Shown here: piece by piece, positions 55,872 through 64,000 of the stretch
How positions within the stretch are numbered: position 1 is the first letter of the stretch
Layout of the letters: each line of letters opens with the position of its first letter
Source: Candidatus Latescibacterota bacterium
GTDB taxonomy: Bacteria; Latescibacterota; UBA2968; UBA8231
Direction of reading: 5' to 3'
DNA length: 64,000 nucleotides
Assembly: GCA_965200315.1 (NCBI GenBank)
Contig: OZ241362.1
Span: forward strand, 1,664,001 to 1,728,000
Translations under genes and position numbers: made by a program
Notes under the pieces: generated by a model
What the model was told of the DNA's origin: nothing
The model's input: the letters and a program-made list of their open reading frames with translations, nothing else
The model's database searches: none

Positions 55872-58800
55872 TCACAGCCCGAACCCAAAGTAGAAGCGCC
55901 ACTTGTCAATCTCACCTAGGTTGCCCTCGGAATCTCTCACAGTCAGGTAGCAGTCCCTCTCGGCCGGGTTGCATTCCGATTCCTCCCAGTCGCCATTGGG
56001 CGATCTCCCGAACCACTTCACCCGGGACGACGGGAGCGGACGCACCACTTGGAGATAGGCAAACATCGGGATGCGGTAGAAAGTAAAAAGCTGTAGCCGC
56101 AACTCGCCGCCGACATTGGTCAGGAATTCGTCGGTGTTGGGCCTAGATCGCCAAGGCTTTCCCTTCCAGAAGTCAATGTCCTCAAAGCTCGAGAAGTTGC
56201 CCACCGCCCCAGTTTCGGCAAATAGCTCGCCGTAGAGCTTGGAGAAGTTGAAGTTGATAAAGCGGCTGCTAATACGCTTGAGAATCGGAAATCCGTAGCC
56301 GACGCGAGCGTAGAGCAATTTGGTCCCCCAGTCGCTGAAATAAGGGTAGCCGCTGAGGAAGTTGCGCCCGCCAATATAGTAGCGCAGCGGCCAGTAGTAA
56401 CGGCCCTCCAAAAACCCACCGTTTTCGATAAAGCGGGGCTTGAGCCGGATGTTTTTGTATGCGCCAATTAGCTCGATGTTGAGCGAATTGGCGAACGGCA
56501 ACCGGATCCGCTCGTTGTACGCGGCTATGTATTCGTTGACCCGCATGCGGCGCTCGACGCCGACGAACTGGTCGCGGGGGACTCCATCGGGGGCGGTTTG
56601 CTCGGTCAGCGAATCGGCCACCGTCGGCATCAAATAGCGATAGATTAAAGCCATGGCGCGGCCCGATGGACTGAGCAAGCGGTCGGCCGTGGGGTTGATC
56701 TTTCGGTAGCGCCAAGTCGTGCTCAACAGATGCGTCCTAAAAAAGCTGAGGTTGTCGTAGAATTTTAGTGGATCCTCGTTGTCAACCAACAGGGTATCTT
56801 GCGCCAAAAGCGACGGATCTAAGGTGGCCGACACATCGACGCCGTCTTGCTCCAAATAGATCTGGTTCTGGCTGCGGAAGCGGCGCAAGGTCCAGCCCTC
56901 GGCATAGTCGCGCCATATATAGAGGGCGTTCAACTCGGTTCGCCGAGTCAGTGGTACATCGACGGCCACGGCCAATTGCCCCAAGGATGTCTTGAACAAA
57001 TCTTCGCGGCTACTGCCCTGATAGATGTATTGACGGACGTCCGGGATGAGCAGGCTGGAGACCGAATCGACTGGCACCGGATAGACATTGTCCACCTCGA
57101 GCGTATCGGCCGTGATCTGACGGTCCTTGATCAAGTTGTCGATCTCGCGCCGCCGCCCCGCTATGTAAAACGAGGGGTTGAAGGTCCGGTTGTTGCCCAC
57201 CTGTGGCCGGAGCCGGCGCTCGTAGAAGAAGCCGACATCTGTATTGAGATCTGTGGCATTGCGCATGTTCTTGCCGACAATGCCCCAAGCCGTCAGCTCC
57301 TGCCCACCAAGCATGTCGCCGGTGGTAAACTGCAAGCCGCCGCTGGCTTGATTGAGGCCAAAAGTGTTGCCGACATACGTGGGGCCGACCTGTAGAATCG
57401 GGATGTAGCGCAAGACGTTGCGCCCCCGGTACGACGCGACCTCGAACTGATCGGCCAGCTTGGGGCCGTCGAAGATGGAGCGATAGTCGCGCATCGCCAC
57501 TGGCTCGAAGTGCGCATCGCGCTCAAATTCGCCCATTTCAAAGCTATAGAGGCTATAGTCGTTGGAGTGATAGCCGCTGTACACCACGCGCTCGTCGGCC
57601 GCTACAGTCGGCACAAAAGCCCCGCCGATGACGTTGGTTAGCTGCTCGACTTCGCGGTTTTCCAAGCGGTAGCGGTAGATGTTGAAAACGCCGCTCTGGT
57701 CCGACGAAAACACAAAACCCGAGCCATCGGGCAGCCAGTGCGGATCGCGCTCGTCGGCCGGCGAGGCAACGACCGCACGGAACCCCGACGAGTCGGGATG
57801 GGCGAAGGCAACCGTATCGGGAAAGACTTCCATGGTTTCCTCCTCGCCTTCTTCGCTCTCTTCGTCTTCGCTCTTCTTTTTCTTCTTGGCCTTCTCAAAG
57901 GTCTTTGGCCGCGGCGGACTAGCGGCGCGGATCATCGCAATATCGCGGTCCTCGCCGCGAAACAAGCTGAAAAGCAGCCACTCGCCGTCGGGCGAGAAGC
58001 GCGGTGCCATGTACTGGGTGGCGTCGTTGTTGTTCGTCAGATAGACCAAATCCGTGCCGTCGCGATCGATGAGGCTGAGGTTGTTGGTCCCGTCCTTGTT
58101 GTGGACAAAGGCGATGCGCTGGCCATCGGGGGAAAACGAGGGGTCTTTGGCGCGCAGATTGGCGCTAATGCGGCGCTCCTCGTCCTCGGCCAAGTTGTAG
58201 ATGTAGAGGTCGTTGAAGCCACCCTTATTGCGGACGAAGACGATCTCCTTCCCGTCGGGAGACCAGCCAATCCGCGTATCTATCCGGCCTTTGAGTTTGG
58301 TCTTTTTTTGCGTCTCGAAATCGTAGATCTTGAGGCTCGTGATTCCATAGTCCTGCTTCTCACTGGTGAGGTACGCCAGTTTTTTGCCATCCGGCGACAG
58401 CGCCGGATGGTATTCGAGTACGCCCTCGTTGACCTCGTCGAGCGGCACCCCCTCGAAGAAGCCCTGCCCGTGAATTTCGGATTCGAGGCGACCGTAATTC
58501 TCGGCTAAGAAAGCGACCCAATCCGCGTAAAACTGGTCGGCGGAAATGCCCAACACCCGGCGAATGGCCGGGTCGAAGCTCAGCGAGCCGATCTGATGCG
58601 TCAGTGCATCGACCTTCTCGGCGCCGTACTGCTGATGGATGTACACCATCATCGCGTAGCCCTGATTGTACACGAACTCGCCGTAGAACTTGCCCGTGCG
58701 GTCCCAAACCGTCCCCATCTCCTCCCACGAAAGCAGATCGTCTTCCAGCACCGCCATCCGCAGCAACATGTCGCGGTGCGAATCCCAAGAGTCGTAGCCG

Positions 58801-59345
58801 AATTTTTGCGCCCCGTACTGGGCGATGCCCTCGGTCCAGCCGCGCGGGGCGTTGAGGTGGTACAGCGGGAACTGAAACGCGATGTCCGGATTGGAGTCGA
58901 AGCGCGAGACCGAGAGCAGCGCGAACTGGAAGGGCCATTTCTTGCGCGCCTTGTTGAGCGTCATGATGTGCGTCAATTCGTGCGTGACCACGTTTTTGAT
59001 CCAATCGTGGCTCCCGCGCAACTCAAAGTCGAGGCTAGTGGCCCAAATGGCCATGGTATTGCTGTAGTAGTTGGCCCAACCGTTGCCTAACACGTCGGAG
59101 TTGTCGAGGACGATGACGTGGATGGTGCGGAAGTCGTCATAGTAGTCGTAGGCCGCCGCGAGGGTAGGAAAGACCTCCTCGCAGGTTTCGGCTACTCGGC
59201 GTGCGGTACCCTCGGCCCCACGCGTGTAATGGACCCGGAAGTGATCGGTGACGATGGTTTGTATCTGGGCCTGGGCCGCTCCGGCGAGGAACAGCGCGGC
59301 AATGGCGGAAAAAATTGCTCGGCGCAACCTGTATCCCTTTCGCAA
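55872..59345 (-). CDS. Exported gluzincin-like peptidase + PD40/TolB-like propeller + Omp85-like barrel fusion
   Basis: Signal peptide; HELTH + TEGIAQ; repeated SPDG PD40 units; GGRNFLSGYP; terminal WRFYFGFGL. Confidence 0.72.
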   Translation of the reverse strand: MRKGYRLRRAIFSAIAALFLAGAAQAQIQTIVTDHFRVHYTRGAEGTARRVAETCEEVFPTLAAAYDYYDDFRTIHVIVLDNSDVLGNGWANYYSNTMAIWATSLDFELRGSHDWIKNVVTHELTHIMTLNKARKKWPFQFALLSVSRFDSNPDIAFQFPLYHLNAPRGWTEGIAQYGAQKFGYDSWDSHRDMLLRMAVLEDDLLSWEEMGTVWDRTGKFYGEFVYNQGYAMMVYIHQQYGAEKVDALTHQIGSLSFDPAIRRVLGISADQFYADWVAFLAENYGRLESEIHGQGFFEGVPLDEVNEGVLEYHPALSPDGKKLAYLTSEKQDYGITSLKIYDFETQKKTKLKGRIDTRIGWSPDGKEIVFVRNKGGFNDLYIYNLAEDEERRISANLRAKDPSFSPDGQRIAFVHNKDGTNNLSLIDRDGTDLVYLTNNNDATQYMAPRFSPDGEWLLFSLFRGEDRDIAMIRAASPPRPKTFEKAKKKKKSEDEESEEGEEETMEVFPDTVAFAHPDSSGFRAVVASPADERDPHWLPDGSGFVFSSDQSGVFNIYRYRLENREVEQLTNVIGGAFVPTVAADERVVYSGYHSNDYSLYSFEMGEFERDAHFEPVAMRDYRSIFDGPKLADQFEVASYRGRNVLRYIPILQVGPTYVGNTFGLNQASGGLQFTTGDMLGGQELTAWGIVGKNMRNATDLNTDVGFFYERRLRPQVGNNRTFNPSFYIAGRRREIDNLIKDRQITADTLEVDNVYPVPVDSVSSLLIPDVRQYIYQGSSREDLFKTSLGQLAVAVDVPLTRRTELNALYIWRDYAEGWTLRRFRSQNQIYLEQDGVDVSATLDPSLLAQDTLLVDNEDPLKFYDNLSFFRTHLLSTTWRYRKINPTADRLLSPSGRAMALIYRYLMPTVADSLTEQTAPDGVPRDQFVGVERRMRVNEYIAAYNERIRLPFANSLNIELIGAYKNIRLKPRFIENGGFLEGRYYWPLRYYIGGRNFLSGYPYFSDWGTKLLYARVGYGFPILKRISSRFINFNFSKLYGELFAETGAVGNFSSFEDIDFWKGKPWRSRPNTDEFLTNVGGELRLQLFTFYRIPMFAYLQVVRPLPSSRVKWFGRSPNGDWEESECNPAERDCYLTVRDSEGNLGEIDKWRFYFGFGL

Positions 59346-59471
59346 AAAGGCGACCCGCAGCCAATTGCCGGTCGCTCCACAACTTGTGTAGGAAAATACT
59401 GGAGGCCATGCCCCCCGTCAAACGACACGGAGCCGCTTTCACGCGGCCTCGCCATTGGCTATTATACCTCC

Positions 59472-60143
59472 ATGCACTACACCATTCACCGCATCGACGA
59501 CCTCGACCTGCCCGACGCCGATTGGGAGCGTCCCCAATGGCAGGAGGCCGAGACCTTAGCGATTACCCGCTTTTCTTGGGAAGATTCCGGCCACCGCCCT
59601 CGCACTCAGGCGCGCCTGCTCTACGACGAGCGGGCACTATCCATTATCTTCCGCGTCGAGGACCGCTACGTCCGCGCCGTGGCCGAGCACTTCCAAGATT
59701 CAGTCTGCACCGATTCCTGCGTCGAGTTTTTCGTCGCACCCCTACCCGACTCGCAGGCTTACTTCAATTTCGAGGTCAACTGCGGCGGCACCATGCTCCT
59801 GCACCGCTGCCCTTCAGCCGCAGAGCGCACCCAAGGCCGAGCAACTGAAAACGTCAGCGAGGCCGACGGTGCCACCATCCACATCGCCACCACGCTTCCC
59901 AAGATCGTCGAGCCAGAACGCACCACCCCCACAACTTGGACGATCGAGTACCAAGTCCCCTTTGCCCTCTTTGCCCAGTATTTCGGTGCCCAGACGCCCG
60001 TGCGCGGCACCGAGTGGAAGGGCAACTTCTACAAGTGCGGCGACCACACCTCCCACCCCCACTGGGGCACGTGGGCCCCGGTAGATACGCCCAATCCGAG
60101 CTTTCACCAGCCCGACTTTTACCAGCCGCTCGTATTTGCCTAG
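59472..60143 (+). CDS. Carbohydrate-binding family 9-like protein
   Basis: ARLLYDE, VCTDSCVEFF, YFNFEVNCGG, WKGNFYKCGD, SFHQPD. Start ATG 59472. Confidence 0.85.
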   Translation: MHYTIHRIDDLDLPDADWERPQWQEAETLAITRFSWEDSGHRPRTQARLLYDERALSIIFRVEDRYVRAVAEHFQDSVCTDSCVEFFVAPLPDSQAYFNFEVNCGGTMLLHRCPSAAERTQGRATENVSEADGATIHIATTLPKIVEPERTTPTTWTIEYQVPFALFAQYFGAQTPVRGTEWKGNFYKCGDHTSHPHWGTWAPVDTPNPSFHQPDFYQPLVFA

Positions 60144-61960
60144 CGAAAAGGGGAGCTGTAGGAAGGCAAGTGAGCAAAGCGTTTCAGCCCAAGGTGCAAA
60201 TGGGCTTGGGCTGCCGGCCCCAAATGTACTTGGAGATACCGATCCTCCACTTCAACGGACTGATCTTGGCCGTCTTCGTTTTCGAGTTGGGCGCTAGTGA
60301 ATTGGTGCTCGCCAAAGGAACCGGCCTGTAACAGGACGTCGCGGCCTGCCACTGGGTCCGTATTCACCAGCGTCAGACTAACTCCGTCGGCGCTGACCCG
60401 ATCGACTAAGGCCGCGACGTACTCGGGCAGACCGGGGCGACGGTGCTGCGGGTCGAAATAGTGCAGATGGGTCTGGAGCATCCCACCGTTGTAGATCGCC
60501 GCTGGCGTACCCAAGGCCATCTGGATCAGGGATTCGGGCAGCACAGGATTGAGCCTCTGGAAGTGGTAGCACTCGCGCGTCTCGGGATTGCTGTTGTCGC
60601 TTTCTAGGCGATTCAGACTGTGGCAGATGCTGGAATAGGTCGAGTCGATCACCTGATCGACGTAGCCTAAGTTTTTGCCTTCGATAAAGGCAAACCAAGC
60701 CGTTGGCGGGCAGATGCCGGCTTTGGCCGCACCCCAGTCGGGGGGCAGACCGGCAAAAGCGGCGCGATCGGGAAAAACTTCGTCGAGACGGGCCAAATCT
60801 CGCTCGCTTTGGCTCAAGTAATATAAATGAATGTACAAGTAGGGATCGGGCGGCCGAAAATCAAACCAGCCTTGGTCGCCGTGGCGAGCCGGCACCTTGA
60901 CGAGGCCGTTTTCCTCGCGCCGCAGTTCCCACAGCATATCGAGCTGCGAGCGGGCCAAGTCCAAATGAGAATCATCGCCGGTCATCAGCAGGGCGCAACT
61001 GCCAGCCACTAGGGCCGGCTCGACGATATTGCGCGCTCCGTGCGGCCAGCGCCAGCCGTAGTACCCACCCCACCACTTGCCGTCCATCAATTCGCCAATG
61101 GTTCCCTCGGGACCAATATTGTCGGGCATAATGCCGTTGTTGGCCGCGCAGCGTTCCTCCCACGCCTGCAAATAATCGAGCACCCAAGTTTTATATTGGT
61201 CGTCGCCAGTGTAGAGATAGGCGTTGGTGATCAAACTGGCGACACTCAGATTGAGAGGTACGTCGCAGCGGGTCATGCGCTGATTGATCAAGTCGAGGAC
61301 CTCGGCGAATACTTCATCGTCCGTCCAATCGACCTTGAATAGCGGGTCGGAGCTGTCGGCACCGGGAACATCCTCAAAGGGTGCCAGATAGTCAGCCAAG
61401 ATGGGCCGGTGGTAATCCCAATCGACTTGGGTGGTGACAAAGCGCGGTCCTTTGCTGCCGTTGAGCGGCGAGCGGATCATTTTGCGTTGGGCGTCCCAAT
61501 TGGGTGCCAGCGGGTCGTCGCCGGTGTACATAGCGGCGTAGCGCAGGGCGCGGGTGCGGTTGATGTGGTGGGCGGGACCGGCCAAGGCCAAATAGTAAAT
61601 GTAAGTATAGCTTTCAGAGTGGTGGAACCAGTCAAAGCCAGTGACAAACTCGCGCTCGACTGTGCCGTAGTTGGCGTACTGCCAAGTGATGGCGTCCCAC
61701 TCTTTGCAGGCAATCTGGTAGATGTGCTCGCCGCCGCCCAACAGGTAAAACAGGGGGAACGATAGGAAGGCCTCGTAGCCATTGTCCGTGCCGTCCATGC
61801 TGGTCCACTCCGTGCGCTGGATCAGGGTCCCGTCTGGACGGGTGCTGTGCTCGACAAAGGGGTGGGCGGCGCGGTCCATTAGAGCGATCAAGTCGCGTTG
61901 GCGCACGGCCCAATGGGGCGGGTTTTTGCGGGTCTTAGCTGCAATGGATACGCGGGTCAT
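60140..61960 (-). CDS. Uncharacterised protein, paralog of 18593-20632 (possible alpha/alpha-barrel enzyme)
   Basis: PPHWA, YEAFLSFPLFY, DWFHHSE, APNWD..IRSP..GSKGP, AYLYTGDDQY, PDNIGP..WWGGYYGW, RPGLP..VAALV, QAGSFGEH. Confidence 0.62.
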   Translation of the reverse strand: MTRVSIAAKTRKNPPHWAVRQRDLIALMDRAAHPFVEHSTRPDGTLIQRTEWTSMDGTDNGYEAFLSFPLFYLLGGGEHIYQIACKEWDAITWQYANYGTVEREFVTGFDWFHHSESYTYIYYLALAGPAHHINRTRALRYAAMYTGDDPLAPNWDAQRKMIRSPLNGSKGPRFVTTQVDWDYHRPILADYLAPFEDVPGADSSDPLFKVDWTDDEVFAEVLDLINQRMTRCDVPLNLSVASLITNAYLYTGDDQYKTWVLDYLQAWEERCAANNGIMPDNIGPEGTIGELMDGKWWGGYYGWRWPHGARNIVEPALVAGSCALLMTGDDSHLDLARSQLDMLWELRREENGLVKVPARHGDQGWFDFRPPDPYLYIHLYYLSQSERDLARLDEVFPDRAAFAGLPPDWGAAKAGICPPTAWFAFIEGKNLGYVDQVIDSTYSSICHSLNRLESDNSNPETRECYHFQRLNPVLPESLIQMALGTPAAIYNGGMLQTHLHYFDPQHRRPGLPEYVAALVDRVSADGVSLTLVNTDPVAGRDVLLQAGSFGEHQFTSAQLENEDGQDQSVEVEDRYLQVHLGPAAQAHLHLGLKRFAHLPSYSSPFR

Positions 61961-62003
61961 TTTGGGTTCCTCCCAGTGGTCAGCATCTTGTACAAACAGC
62001 GAA

Positions 62004-62750
62004 TTATTCAGGTCGCAAATCCGTGTACCGCTCTGCCCGTGGCCCTCCTTCCCCGCGCACTAGAAACACTGGAATCGGATGTTGGTCCATGTCCACCCAA
62101 GCCGTGTCGGTGCTACAGTAGCGGATCGTATAACCGGTGCGCCGGCGTCCACTCTCATTGGCTAGGCTGCCGTGCAGAATGTAGGAATCGTGGATGGATA
62201 GACTACCGGCCTTCATCTCCATCATCACGGCTTGGTCCTCCATTTCGGGGGGGACCAAGACCTTCTTCCGCAGCATCTCGGTCTCCGCCGCAGGCACGGT
62301 TTCCAACTCCCGGTAGCCCCGGTGTGAACCGGGTATGATGCGCATAGCGGCGTTTTCAGCGTCCGCGTCGTCGAGCGCCAGCCACACTGTGGCCACATCG
62401 GTGCCGTGGACGCTGGGCCAGTAGTTGTTGTCTTGGTGCCAACCCACGCTGGTTCCATCGCCCGGCAGCTTGATGAACATGCTCGAATAGACCAAGATCA
62501 GGTTGGGGCCCAGGATGGCCTCCACTGCATCAAGCAGGAGCGGATAGCGACAGACCTCCAGCCAGAACACTTCCTTGGTATGCGGCTCGCCGTAGTATTG
62601 ATCCCGGTCGAGAAAACCCGCACGCACGCCCACATCCAGCGAATGCTGCATGGCGGCGACTTCGTCTAGCCCGAACACATCGGGGAAAAAGCAATAGCCT
62701 TCTAAGTCAAAGCGCTCGACGTCGGTATTCAGCACAACAAGTCCCTTCAT
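62004..62750 (-). CDS. Phytanoyl-CoA dioxygenase (PhyH) family protein
   Basis: WHQDNNYW, TVWLALDD..ENAAMRIIPGSH, LHGS..N.S..RR. Confidence 0.9.
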   Translation of the reverse strand: MKGLVVLNTDVERFDLEGYCFFPDVFGLDEVAAMQHSLDVGVRAGFLDRDQYYGEPHTKEVFWLEVCRYPLLLDAVEAILGPNLILVYSSMFIKLPGDGTSVGWHQDNNYWPSVHGTDVATVWLALDDADAENAAMRIIPGSHRGYRELETVPAAETEMLRKKVLVPPEMEDQAVMMEMKAGSLSIHDSYILHGSLANESGRRRTGYTIRYCSTDTAWVDMDQHPIPVFLVRGEGGPRAERYTDLRPE

Positions 62751-62870
62751 TTTTGCGGACGAGCCCGCGAGTCTGCGAAGGCGTCGCTCAAATCCCGTAA
62801 ACCCGAGCGGCGTTCTCCCCCAGCACTTTGGCTCGATCGCCCTCGTCTAACTCCGCGGCAAAAGTACGAA

Positions 62871-63002
62871 TTATTTCCAAACTCTGCCGGTACGTGATGT
62901 GGCGGCCAACCGGCGGCCAGTCCGAGACTCACAGCACTCAAGCTCTTGAGCAGACGGAGGAAAGTTGGGCAGCACGTGAACATGAACGTCGATAACGGGC
63001 AT
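62871..63002 (-). pseudogene. Probable truncated amidohydrolase remnant
   Basis: Strong RBS AAGGAGGTG, then MPVIDVHVHV (amidohydrolase DxHxH start motif); stop after 43 codons. Confidence 0.4.
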
Positions 63003-63370
63003 TGACACCTCCTTACTCGTTTGAGCCACTACAGGAACTATGTACGCAATAACGAACCGATTCACTAATTTCGCAACGTCAGGGACCACAGCTCCACCAC
63101 GGTCTCAGTGCCGACAGGCCACCTGTCCCAACATTTTATCTTGTTGGCTCAATAGCGCGTCCGTATTCTTAGAGGCACTTTGCCGCAACAGACCTCCCAC
63201 TCACTAGAAGAAAGATAAAGACAATGGCGAATGTATCTCTCGTCAGAGAGGGCGTTCTAACTATGAGGCCCCCTCGTTGAGTATTCTATCCTCGCAGATC
63301 GCCCAAGACCACACTCCGGCGCGAGTGCTACGGTCCTAGAGCTAGGCAAATGGTGCGGCAGAGGGCAATA

Positions 63371-64000
63371 ATGACAATAACAAGGAAGTGCGCTCTATGC
63401 GGGGTCCAAATTGTTGCAGGATGGTTCCTTGTCTTGGTGGCCTGTGCTGAGCGAGATCAGGCGGCCAGCACCCAGCGCATGGCTGAACTCCTAGAAGACA
63501 TAGCCGCCAATGTCGATCCCGCCACACATCCGTATGTGAACTTGGACCGAGTTGCATATTTCCGTGCTCGGTTGGACCACCTACGCCAATCCAGTGCGGC
63601 CACCAATCCTCGGACGCGAGAACAAATCCTGCAAGCCCGTTTTTCTCTTGCCAACGAACTGCTGCAAGCGGGCCAATCCGATCGAGCAGTGCAGGAGTAC
63701 CGGCAACTGCAGACTGTGTTCCACCATCCTCGGCTTCGGCATTCTCTCCAACTGCTAGTGGGCTTGGCCTATCTCCGTTTGGGCGAACAAGAAAACTGCA
63801 TTGTGCAACACAATATCGACTCTTGTCTAATGCCGATCCGCGGCCCTGGAGTGCACCAAATCAAGCGCGGATCGAGTGCCGCTATCGAGGAGTTTTTGGG
63901 GGTTCTGAGCAGAAATCCAAGCAATTTGTCGGCTCGTTGGCTACTCAATATCGCCTATATGACGCTGGGGCAGTACCCAGAAGAGGTGCCGCAAAACTTG
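63371..64000 (+). CDS. CRTAC1/ASPIC-UnbV-like lipoprotein, N-terminal part (runs off window)
   Basis: Translated by hand: MTITRKCALCGVQIVAGWFLVLVAC (lipobox)...AYLRLGEQENC..H..DSCLMPI..GVH..ARWLLNIAYMTLGQYPEEVP. No stop before the window end, so it is absent from the ORF track. Confidence 0.75.
   Translation, partial: MTITRKCALCGVQIVAGWFLVLVACAERDQAASTQRMAELLEDIAANVDPATHPYVNLDRVAYFRARLDHLRQSSAATNPRTREQILQARFSLANELLQAGQSDRAVQEYRQLQTVFHHPRLRHSLQLLVGLAYLRLGEQENCIVQHNIDSCLMPIRGPGVHQIKRGSSAAIEEFLGVLSRNPSNLSARWLLNIAYMTLGQYPEEVPQNL

Overview
This is a GC-rich bacterial window. Gene content and motifs suggest an FCB-group lineage such as Latescibacterota; that is an inference, not a search result. 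It falls into three blocks. (1) 1-26.2 kb is accessory. It opens with an operon of three paralogous secreted proteins (discoidin-like core, C-terminal TPNxDG/FlgD-Ig domain, all ending in -AY) around a 907-aa predicted outer-membrane barrel. Next come a CBM9-like protein with a 'SWGRIK' tail, two tandem MITE-like elements, a GT39-TPR protein and two convergent DUF6785/6784-like membrane proteins. The block ends with a sugar-acid catabolic cluster: Gfo/Idh/MocA, an unknown alpha-barrel enzyme, a degenerate M19 dipeptidase homolog, two UxuA, PhyH and an IdnD-like dehydrogenase. (2) 26.2-55.7 kb is mostly housekeeping: tRNA-Cys, tRNA-Leu, thyA, xerC, topA, map, nrdJ/nrdR, tonB-exbD-exbD-exbB, accD, surE, rpmI-rplT-pheST-zapB-zapA-rny-ymdB, xseAB, recN, pgsA. 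(3) 55.8-64 kb holds a peptidase/PD40/Omp85-like fusion, a CBM9 protein, a second alpha-barrel paralog, PhyH and the start of a CRTAC1-like lipoprotein. No CRISPR array, rRNA or transposase was seen. The best candidate for an undescribed system is the 1-11 kb surface/secretion locus. All family assignments come from motif recognition by eye, not from database searches.
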